Origin: Phoronis australis
Taxonomy: Eukaryota > Animalia > Phoronida
DNA length: 64,000 nucleotides
Assembly: GCA_002633005.1 (NCBI GenBank)
Contig: NMRA01000205.1
Location: 297,273 to 361,272, forward strand
Direction: 5' to 3'
Position numbers and translations under genes: made by a program. The notes under the pieces were generated by a model that worked only from the letters and a program-made list of their open reading frames with translations, made no database searches and had not been told where the DNA came from. Shown here in pieces: positions 13,201 to 25,200 of this stretch; the stretch's first letter is position 1, and each line of letters begins with the position of its first letter.

Positions 13201-16200
13201 ACATTATGGTTTTTTCATGCTTTTTTTAACACAATGACTATTTGATATAAACTTAAAAATTGATTTGTCCATAACTCTGTGTTTTACCTAGGACGTGCCG
13301 TACCTTGATGTCGACAGCTATCTTCACCTTCAGGATCAAGACACCATGTCAGCATGTAGCTCTGTGTCTACAGTTAGTATTAGAAATTGTAGAGTGATTA
13401 TGGCGGTATTGGTCAACATTAAGCCTTCTCATGATATTTATTTCTTGATTAAATAGTCATTCATTCGTTGTAGTATGGTCATGAAAAATGTGTTATTAAT
13501 TGATAAATTTTGATATTTGCTGCTCGTTACACGAATCTATTCATCTTCAGTGATAGTTATTTGTCTAACTGATTTTCATTGTAGTACGTTGTAGTGACAC
13601 TGCTGGACATTCAAAAAGTGTAGCTACCAAAGAAAGTGCCCTCTTTTTATTATCTGACTTAGGAACCAGAAAGCCATTCAGCTTCTGTTTAGTAGAGGTT
13701 TCTTGTGACTACATGAATATCTCAATCTCAATATGGCGTGGCAAATGTGTTGCAAACATTTAAGTCTTGCCAGCACACCATCTGTTGGCCACTTGTGACT
13801 GTCTTGAAGTAATTTTTTATACCAGTTTGAACTGTTGTAGTAGCGCCACCTTGTAGGTTTCAAACACCTCTGTGTCATTCTAATGATGTTAAATGTATTT
13901 TAGACATCTCAGTCTCCTGATACCGCAGTGAAGGACGTTGCAAATGTACCTTCACGGAAACTTACAAATGGGACAAACAGTCAAGACAACCGAGGCATGT
14001 CATCGAATTTTAAGGCCGACGACATTGTCATTCCAAATTTTGACGAAAGCTTCGAAGTTGAGCGCATAAATACAAGACACCACAAGAAAAAGAAAAAGCG
14101 CAAAAAGCCACGAGCAGTCAGCATTGACAGCAACCACAGCGCCATCTCTGGAGGCACAGAAATGTCACAGAGTGAGAAGAAGGAGGCAATGCTACCTACT
14201 CCTGCGCAGTTGTCTGAGGAGTCATCAGACATGTCCAGAAAGGTGGACAGTGTTGAGTCGGCCGACATATCCAGAAAGTTGGACAGCGTTGAGTCGGCCG
14301 GCATGTCCAGAAAGGTGGACAACGTTGAATCGGCCGACATGCCCAGAAAGTTGGACAGTGAAGAATGGACGACAGGTTCCTCATATTTAATCTCTGATAC
14401 ACACCAGGGTAATGGAAATTATACCGGTCAGTGCCGTGTTACGAAAAACGAGAGTGACTGCATGAACAACATCAGTGAAATAACCACTATGTTGTCTATG
14501 GAACAAGCGGAAACAAAAGAGCATCCGTACGGTGCTATGTGGGATGCGGAACCAACACTGTATGATTCTCCTGAACATTGTTCAGGGAAGGCTTTACTTT
14601 CTAACCCACGGTCTTTAGACAATGGTGAGGAGTCTAGCGACTTCTGTTACATTGACGACTTTGATCATACATTAAGGGAGAGTGAGGTCAACGCTGCCAG
14701 TGGTGCAAGCGGTACGGAAGAGAGTTGGGATGCCGGTGTGGGTGATGAGGCTAAGCAAGAAGGTTCTCACGGCGTCGTGGACTTAGTGGAGCCCTGTGAT
14801 TCACCCACAAAAAGTGCCTTGGTGCCAACCAACAAATTTTGGGAAAAAGATATTCAGTAAGTTATGCATATCTGATATTTAAATCCTGAAGCAGCCGCTG
14901 TTAGGTTAGGAAGTAGACTGTAGTGAACAGAAGCACTGCACTCAACAGATGGCACGTTTTCTTGAGTTAGGATCGACGAATGTTAACAACTATACATCGC
15001 CCATTCGTGGCATACTTTTTCAACTTTTCCTATGTCCTCATGTCTGCGTTGCAATGGGCGGGGCAGTAGAAACTTGACGTACAGCCAGGGGCATGGAAAT
15101 GAGGCTGAAAAAGTGTGTAGCAGATGCAGAGCACTTGATAAATATCAGTTTCGAAATTGCTATTTCATTTATTTTCACTACTTCAAAACGAAATTCAGCC
15201 AACATTGTGATAAAAGTTTCACTCAACTACCAAATAATTCTGGCACGAAGATTTTTCAAGTTTCAGAGAGAGAAACACTTTTATTTATTTACATAGTACA
15301 ATGATTAAATAATTCGATTTCAATTAGAAGGGTTTCTAATGGTTATTGACCGCTAATAAGAAGGTCTCCTGTACAAAATAAATAAATGGAAAAGCAAAAA
15401 TCAGTAGGAATAGGTGAGGAGGGTGTGATAGAGTTCTGTTGTTTGTGATGCAGACTTGGGTACAAGAGTAATCAGATGAGAGCAGAAGGGTTCTTTTTCA
15501 ATGAAAATTTTGAACCTTTCATAGACGACAATCTTCTCAAACTTCAGGTGCATTCTGCTGCCATATAGTTACATAGTTGGGAATGCTTCTCCGGTACCGT
15601 AGACGTCCTGATGTTGCAGGTTTCCATTTGTATATTTTCAGTGTTATGTCAATGTATTTTTAGGGTAGACAACAATCTGTTGCTGACTTTGATGTTAGAG
15701 GTCTTTGATAGTGAGGAAGAGCAGTTTCATAAGGTAGGAGTTGTGTCATCTTACTTTAGTAAGTGAAGGTGAGATAGCCTGGACATGCACGTATCTTGAA
15801 GGTTCATAGAATGACGTAGGGGGTACTTCATATACTGATATTCGGAAATACAAAAGTGGCCGTACCGACCCAAAACCTTCTCCCTGTATGACTGTAACAT
15901 AGTAATTTGAAGTAATCGATATCAAATACAGCAAGCCTGCATCTGTTTTTTTTTTTGTTTGATCGGCCGACTTCGGACTTGGGAAATCAGAAGACAAACG
16001 CTCAAAAAGTAGTTCGCCATTTCGCTTTTGTTGTAATAGCTATGCTTGTGTTATATTGCATTGCATAAATTCCTTTCGTCCTTCATCATGCAAGCCAGCG
16101 GCCCATTCCAAGAAAGTGACTTAAGTTCATTTTTGACTTAAGTCTAAGATTTGTCTCAACTTCAAAACTTTCTCATCTGGGAATTTAGTCAAACTTAAGA

Positions 16201-19200
16201 CAAAGCTTAGTCAAAAATTTACGTCAAACAGAAGATCTTTTTCTTGGAATGGACTTAAGACAAATTGAAGTTTTATCTTAAAATAGACTTAGATTTAAGA
16301 TTATCTTAACCAAGTCAGTTTTCTTGGAAAGAGTCCCAGCGTTGCTTTTGGACCTCGGGCAGGGAAAACTGTTCCTTCCATTAGAGCATTTCCTCCCACC
16401 ACATTGCAAGTTTGCATGTTCAGTTCTGTGTCATGATGGTTAGACATTAAGTTCTTGGTTTAAGCAAGAACATTGGCTGTGTGAATGCAACTCATTGGTA
16501 AATTTTTGTTCTCTAAAACGTTGCGTATAGATCATGTGACTGTACACAGTAACGTGTAACCATACAGAAGTTCCTGGCACAAAGTTTTAGCTCTGAAATT
16601 TGGACTGCGGATATTCAGATAAGATTTCAGTGTAATAGATGATTTTTGAGTCTTGTTTTTATCCTGACATTGTAGATGTACGAGACCACCTTGGGTCACT
16701 CAGAGGGGAACGTTATCCCAATTCGCGTCATATTCACCGATCGTAATGTATACCTGCTCAGACACACACATAAACTCGTCAAGCACGCTGTGATTAGCTA
16801 CACTGAGATTGACTATGTGTCGGTGAGTACCTACAAACTATGTGTGTGGTCATTTGGTAACTGTGTTGCAATTATGATGATGATAATACTTAGGATTATG
16901 TAAGACCATATAAAAATGTCCAAATTTGGCTAACTTCAGATTATCATAGCTGGTCAGACTCATGTGAAACATTCACTAGACCATACTTTGTGCGCTGTTG
17001 GCCAAATCGCTATTAGGAATTGTTTTCAAAATAATCAATTTTGCATGAGGAGCTTTCAAAATAAAGAACTTTTATGATTCTTGTAAAAAAATGTAAAGCT
17101 GCATGAAACAAAAGTGAATATTTAGAAAACTGGTGCATCTTTGAGATTTCATCTTGAGTACTTGCATCTAATGAATTTTTTCATGACCGTTGTTTTGATT
17201 TTGATTTCAATGGGGTAAATTTTACTACGAAGACATGATCATGTGACCCAATCATTGGCTCATTCATTTTCTACGGTCATTCTGCTTCCAGAAAATATAG
17301 TTTTGTAGTTACTTGGCTAAATACAAAAAATTGTTGATAAGGTCCTACACAACCTTCTTAAATGTTTTACCTAAGAGCGCTTACGACTTCCGGCCTTTTT
17401 GCAATTATGCGCTTATGAACTGAAAACACCCATGGCGGATAATGTCTTTCATTGAGATGATTGTGTTGAACAGAGCTAAGGTAGTCCTAAGTAGACAACA
17501 AACTTACTGACCTTGTAATTTAAAGCCTTGAACATTCCTTGTTGTCATCAACCTCGGAATGCTCTTTTGTTTGCAGCTTAGTCTTGGTCTCCAGATGGTG
17601 CAGATAGTATGTACAAACAGACGGAAACAGTTCTGGCTGACAACTGGCAGTGAGACTCTCACCAAGTGAGTTGGTAACAAATGTTACAGTGCGTTTTGGT
17701 ATGGTAGTTATTAACATTTACTCTGTTGACACGGAAGATTTTAAATCGATTTGAAATCGGTTTGTGATTCCTGGAGAATCGTGTCCAAATGTAAGCAGTT
17801 TATTATGAATTGACTCTACTTGAACCCGTTCATGGGATGGTTTTAAATCAATTTAATGCAAATCAATTTGTACCTATGGAGTGTGAGCATACAGTTGAAT
17901 GTGACTCAGATAGGGGATGTGACTTGCTTCTGCTCATGTGCTGATCTATGCTCCTTCTACAACGTTGTCCAAGATTTCACACTTGATTTGATTTGACCAC
18001 TTTGTTACCTTGCTTTCATCATCATCAGATTGCGTGAAGAGCGTAAACTTTAAAAAACAGTAGGAAAACACTTGTGAACAATTTTCAGTTTTTAAACAAA
18101 TTTTTGACAGGTTGGGCATGCACTGTATTCTTTTTTTTTTTTTTTGATGGCGCAGCATCTAAACAAATTTGATCTTTGAAGTGTAAACAGAAAGAGGAAT
18201 AAGCCAAGAGATCTAAATTGAATCAGAATGAATCGATTCCAAAGTTCAGTGGAAACTGGGTATTTGGGTTGGTAGATATTAAGTGTTTGTTGTGAGTTTT
18301 CTCACAGGAAATATGCTTTGCATGGTTTGTGTTGTAAAGGTGCCATGAACCAACGTTTTTTTGTGCAAAGTAATTAAGAAATTACTTGTAGTGATTGTGA
18401 GTGGCTTGGATGCAGGGATCCCTTACATAAAATATCTATTCTCCACCAGGCATATGGTTGAAGAGTTACGCATTGCCATGAGGCTCAATGGCTGCCATCT
18501 GCCAGAGAGTAACATCTTGACTGATGCTACTACACAGAGGATAGCCCTGACCAAGTGGGCATCAAAGCTGTGCAGGACCAAGGTGAGGGCATCAGCACTC
18601 CCTGGACAAGGTCCACATGCAATTTTGCAACAAGGGTGAAGTGTTGAAAAAGCAAACTGGCTACAAACTTAAGCCTCATTAGGTTTTTATGAAATCCCCA
18701 CACAGAATCTTTTCAGATCATGTTAAATTGTATCTGATGACCTTGCAGTGGAGAATCCAATTACTAATGAAGCAATTGTTGTAACTACAATCGTTCATTA
18801 GGCCACTTGACTGCATAAAAATTTGAGTGTTAACAGCCCATAGTCTACTTAATTTATCGATGTTCATGGATTGCAAAAAGTTATGGTTTCGATTTCCAGT
18901 CAGTACTCAGATATTTTCAGATTTATTTTAGTTCACATGATGGGATCAAGAAATGGCTTGCAAGAGACTAATAATTCTTGCTTGTGCTCTGTAAAGTTAA
19001 TTTCTTCAATAAAACCAGTTTATGCTGGCGGATGCGACTTTACAGATACAAATAACAGGGCCTGAGGTCTGATCTTTGTACTCAAAATCAAATTTTAAAT
19101 TATCTTCAACATTTTCTGTACAGTTCTACATTACAAACTCGAGATTAGACCCTGGGCCCTGGTGGTACATTAAGCAACTATGTCGACAAAGCAAAATCAA

Positions 19201-22200
19201 CAAAAGGGTGCTTGACATGGCTACAACTTTCTGTCAAAAAATATTTTATTTAGACCCCTTCACATTCCTTTTTTACTTTATTTGAGTGACTTAAAAGTGA
19301 ATATTGAATGAGGCCTTTTACTTTCATAGAATCAGTCTCATAATATCCCTTTCTCTGGAGGCATTTCATTTCCATTGCCAAAACGAACAGCTAAGTCATG
19401 AGCAACTCAAGAAAACGCTTCAGAGATTATTTGGGTTTTCCAACCCTAAAATTCCAAGTTCGAAAATGACACAATGTACACATTGCCTATGACTTTAGTT
19501 ACAAATGGATTCCATTATGGCAAGGAATAGAATGAGACGGATTTTATGAAAGTAAAAAGTCTAATTCAATTTTTGTTCTCTTCAGCCTGATAACCAAAGC
19601 AAAATACTGCTTTACATCGCGTTATTACTCGAGACCAGTCTCTGTAAGTCGTTTTATTTACCGAAAGCACTGAGGTAGTCTGCGTGGCAACTAGATGTCT
19701 TGTCTAGTGTTAAATTACAGAGCCAGCCCATTTCCAGTCATGAAATCACTTGTAATCGTATGATTTGTGTCGTGACCTATTACCACCGTCTTTTCTCATG
19801 TTTAGTTTATTGAGATTTTGTGTTCTAGCTGTCTCGCAAGGATGTGCAATGCCTCCTGCTGTGTTATTGGGAGGACCGCTCGCCAGGGACCAACATATTT
19901 AAGGTGAAGAGCCACAAGGAGGGCACTCTACTATACAAGTTACAGTCGGGCTACATTGGGCTGTTGTCATGGAAACCAGGCTATTTTGTGCTGAGGTAAT
20001 AACCAAATGATCAGATGCTCAGCAACTTGTAGTTTTTGAAATTTCCGGCAAGTGTTCATCTGGTGTTTTTTTCTTTTGACGTTTATTTATTATAACGAAT
20101 AGGCAATCTTTTCATTGATGAGTAACTGCTGGAAATGTCCCACAGTGATCAGTGTATCATGCCTGAAACAATGGTTGTCCACCCACTAGGGATCTTATTT
20201 GGTCTTGCTGCTACGTGGAGGTTCCCCTAGTCACTAGGCTGTCACAAAGTGCTTGTTTGAGTAGGCATTCTTTGACTTGTCGATGATTCTGTGAGTAAGA
20301 AGTCTGGTGGTGAGTGAAAAAAAATGTGACCTGCTCTGACAGTGCAGTGATGTGCGATTATGGTGTTGACCAGTCTAGCTACAGGTGATCTTTCTAGGTA
20401 GCTGCCTTAAGCTGTTGTTTTTTATTCTAAATCCCATCGGATCATTTTCGCACGTTTCATGTGGCATAGGCATTAACAGAGCATAATTGTTACGTTTCAA
20501 TCCATGTACCGTGCACACTTGGAAATCCTTGTAATAAATCAATATTAGGATGGCTATTTCTATTAGTTTCAGTCTCCATGATTAAAAGCTAGACATTCCT
20601 TTTGGTCTTAGTTGTTGCCCCAACAGATATTTCCAGTTTGTGTAACACCTTTTCACAATGGCGTGTGCTTTCTATTCTCCCAGTGGTGGGGTTCTGTACC
20701 TCTATGAGCATAAAGATGAACAAAACACTCCACTGAGGAGCATTCAGATAGGAAGTGACGAGTGCGGCGGATGTCGACGCAGCAAGACCAGCGACCGCGA
20801 GCACAGTCTTGAGATCATCTTGTCCAACGGCTCTGTCCTACATTTGTCGGCGGCTTCCAATGAAGAATCCAATGAATGGCTCCAATGTCTGTGTCAGGCA
20901 GTCTCTGAAGGACAGACGGTGAGGAAATCTGTGTTTTATGTGGAAAGTGGTCATATAGGTCGTCTATCTTGGTCATAAACTGCTGCTTGACAGCACAACT
21001 GTAGCTGTGTTGATTTCAGTTAACTGTTGATGTTAGAATTGTTATGGTGTAACCTAAGAGGTGAGCATTTTTGAAGCTGAATGTTTCCTTCAGCTGCTGA
21101 GAGGAATGTGCAAGGTTGAATAGGGTTTATCAATTATTAGAGCTCTGTGAGGTCGTAATAAATTTGCATGCCTATCAACAATGGCTCAGTAATCAGGCAA
21201 CATGAGAAACGTGTTTAAACATTAATGTGTAGAGTGGCAAATGCCATGCAATCACCCCTTTGATATGGTTTATGTTTATGAACTATATTTCAGATTCATT
21301 GTGGGATGTCACACTTTTCGTCCCCATTGGTATGTCGTGGGAAATCACTTAATATGCATTAGTCAGGGCTTGGAATGACCCATGACAGAAAAGAGGAAAT
21401 TGTTACCACCCTAACTACACATTTCAATCTAAATCTTAAATAATGAAGATGATGAAAAAATTGCAGCATGAGTGGCAGTAGCTTATTCTTGATTTGCTGT
21501 AGGGAGACCTATAAATTAAATTATTTTCAATTCTTATAATTATGATACAAAATTACAAAAACACAAAAAATTGTACATCGATCCAAAGATTATCTGGAAA
21601 GCCCGAAATACATACACAAATTTCACAATTTAATTCCAAAAAATTTAATTCCAACGCAAATGTGAACAAGTGGAGACGAAAACCTGTGGCTCATACCCAA
21701 CTGCATGGAAAAATGAAAGTCAAAAACACACTTTAACTATAGAATGCATCAACCACAATCCTAAGTTGGCCAAACTTTTCAGTTTCAAATAATAATTACG
21801 GAGTTAATTGTTCATAAGCCATGCTGGTGTAGAAGAAACTATGTGACATAAGAAATAACTACCAGGACTGAAAATAGGCTGGTGGAATTTGTAAACAATG
21901 GCTCAGACCAATCAGATCATTCAGAATTTGTCACGTGATCACTTCTCTCGACTGCAAAACTCGAGTCACAAAATAGAACACAAAAAATGTCAAAATAAAT
22001 TGAAATACATAAACGGCAATTTAAAACACATTTGCAGTAACGAAAATAGCGCTTTGTATCCCGTTTCGGCGGCACGTAGAAAATCGCACTCGGAAGGTCA
22101 GGCCTAGCACTAGCAGCCAACGGCAACGGGCGTGCATGTGGGATCAAACAAAAGAATTTCATACATCACTCACATGCCACGATTCCAATCCAACGAATAA

Positions 22201-25200
22201 CCTGTTACAGTTGAATTTCATTTCAGGAAGTGTTGTTATTTCTAGCATTTCATCATTTTCAGTCGGTCCTCCGATTTCTCCTTAGTCAACTCGGCCAAGC
22301 GCTCCGTAATTGTTCCTCTCTCAAAGTTAATACAGAGCACAAACCTGGACTTATGTTGTTTGTNGTAGTTTTTGAAATTTCCGGCAAGTGTTTGTCTGGT
22401 GTTTTTTTTTTGACGTTTATTTATTATAACGAATAGGCAATCTTTTCATTGATGAGTAACTGCTGGAAAATGTCCCACAGTGATCAGTGTATCATGCCTG
22501 AAACAATGGTTGTCCACCCACTAGGGATCTTATTTGGTCTTGCTGCTACGTGGAGGTTCCCCTAGTCACTAGGCTGTCACAAAGTGCTTGTTTGAGTAGG
22601 CATTCTTTGACTTGTCGATGATTCTGTGAGTAAGAAGTCTGGTGGTGAGTGAAAAAAAATGTGACCTGCTCTGACAGTGCAGTGATGTGCGATTATGGTG
22701 TTGACCAGTCTAGCTACAGGTGATCTTTCTAGGTAGCTGCCTTAAGCTGTTGTTTTTTATTCTAAATCCCATCGGATCATTTTCGCACGTTTCATGTGGC
22801 ATAGGCATTAACAGAGCATAATTGTTACGTTTCAATCCATGTACCGTGCACACTTGGAAATCCTTGTAATAAATCAATATTAGGATGGCTATTTCTATTA
22901 GTTTCAGTCTCCATGATTAAAAGCTAGACATTCCTTTTGGTCTTAGTTGTTGCCCCAACAGATATTTCCAGTTTGTGTAACACCTTTTCACAATGGCGTG
23001 TGCTTTCTATTCTCCCAGTGGTGGGGTTCTGTACCTCTATGAGCATAAAGATGAACAAAACACTCCACTGAGGAGCATTCAGATAGGAAGTGACGAGTGC
23101 GGCGGATGTCGACGCAGCAAGACCAGCGACCGCGAGCACAGTCTTGAGATCATCTTGTCCAACGGCTCTGTCCTACATTTGTCGGCGGCTTCCAATGAAG
23201 AATCCAATGAATGGCTCCAATGTCTGTGTCAGGCAGTCTCAGAAGGACAGACGGTGAGGAAATCTGTGTTTTATGTGGAAACTGGTCATATAGGTCGTCT
23301 ATCTTGGTCATAAACTGCTGCTTGACAGCACGACTGTAGCTGTGTTGATTTCAGTTAACTGTTGATGTTAGAATTGTTATGGTGTAACCTAAGAGGTGAG
23401 CATTTTTGAAGCTGAATGTTTCCTTCAGCTACTGAGAGGAATGTGCAAGGTTGAATACGGTTCATCAATTATTAGAGCTCTGTGAAGTATTACCTTGCAT
23501 GCCTATCAACAATGGCTCAGTAATCAGGCAACATGAGAAACGTGTTTAAACATTAATGTGTTGAGTGGCAAATGCCATGCAATCACCCCTTTGATATGGT
23601 GTATGTTTATGAACTATATTTCAGATTAATTGTGGGATGTCACACTTTTCGTCCCTATTGGTATGTCGTGGGAATCACTTAATATGCATTAGTCAGGGCT
23701 TAGAATGACCCGTGACAAAAAAGAGGAAATTTTTACCGCCCTAACTACACATTTCAATCTAAACTAAACCTCAACAGATCGAAAGTAAACATTATTATCA
23801 CAAGATGCCCTTTTACAGTGTCGTGTTGGCAAAACGCACTCATCTTAAGCAGTACCTGACATCTATTTCAGCAACAACAATGAAGGCAATTAGATGCAAC
23901 AAAAGATATTCTTTAAAATTAAATAATAAAGATAATGATGAAAAATTTGCAGTATGAGTGGCAGTAGCTTATTCTTGATTTGCTGCAGGGAGACCTATAA
24001 ATTAAATTATTTTCAATTCTTATAATTACGATACAAAATTACAAAAACAAAAAAATGTACTTCGATCCAAAGATTATCTGGAAAGCCTGAAATACATATA
24101 CATTTAATTCCAAAAAATTTAATTCCAACGCAAATGTAAACAAGTCGAGACGAAAACCTGTGGCTCATACCCAACTGCATGGAAAAATGAAAGTCAAAAA
24201 CACACTTTAACTATAGAATGCATCAACCACAATCCTAAGTTGGCCAAACTTTTCAGTTTCAAATAGTAATTACAGGAGTTAATTGTTCATAAGCCACGCT
24301 GGTGTAGAAGAAACTACATGACATAAGAAATAACTACCAGGACTGAAAATAGGCTGGCGGAATTTGTAAACAATGGCTCAGACTAATCAGATCATTAAGA
24401 ATTTGTCACGTGATCACTTCCCTCGACTGCAAATTTCGAGTGACAAAATAGAACACGAAAAATGTCAAAATATATTGAAATACATAAACGGCAATTTAAA
24501 ACACATTTGCAGTAGCGAAAATAGCACTTTGTATCCTGTGTCGGGGGCACGTAGAAAATCGCACTCAGAAGGTCAGGCCTAGCAATAGCAGCCAACGGCA
24601 ACGGGCGTGCATGTGGGATCAAACAAAAGAATTTCATACATCACTCACATGCCACGATTTCAATCCAACGAATAACCAGTTACAGTCGAATTTCATTTCA
24701 GGAAGCGTTGTTATTTCTAGCATTTCATCATTTTCAGTCGGTCCTCCGATTTCACCTTAGTCGACTCGGCCAAGCGCTCCGTAATTGTTCCTCTCTCAAA
24801 GTTAATACAGAGCACAAACCTGGACTTATGTTGTTTGTGAAGACATTCGTTTCTTTTATCCACTTTTTCCACGAAATATTCAGTCCACTCCATGATCCAT
24901 GCATTTTTGACAGCAGAATCGCACTATTTGTCGCCGCGACTTTATACCAAATGCAGACGCCATTGATGAACCACGCTATCCCAGGCACAGGTGCTTGAAT
25001 TTATTAGTTACTCGTTTGTCGCTGACGTCACTCACTACTTAGAAAACATGTTTCTTATTATGTGGTTATGAGTCATTGGGATATTCGAGCGCCTGTAATC
25101 TGCAAGTACAGTTTTCATTCTTCCGAAACACAAAGAGCAGTTTCCGCTTTTCGAGTCTTCGGCAACGCCGCGGTGAGAAACCAATTTGCAGCGATAATTT

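Noticed and set aside
13981-14622. Overlapping antisense and alternate-frame ORFs in PLEKHM2 exon 7
   Set aside because: Shadows of a real exon and its 36-bp repeat.
22993-23313. Separate PH-domain gene or paralog
   Set aside because: It is a second copy of PLEKHM2 exon 13 in the N-flanking duplication.
24373-24998. Transposase remnants in the 1.6-kb DNA transposon
   Set aside because: No DDE, BED or hAT dimerisation motif is recognisable in the frames read.
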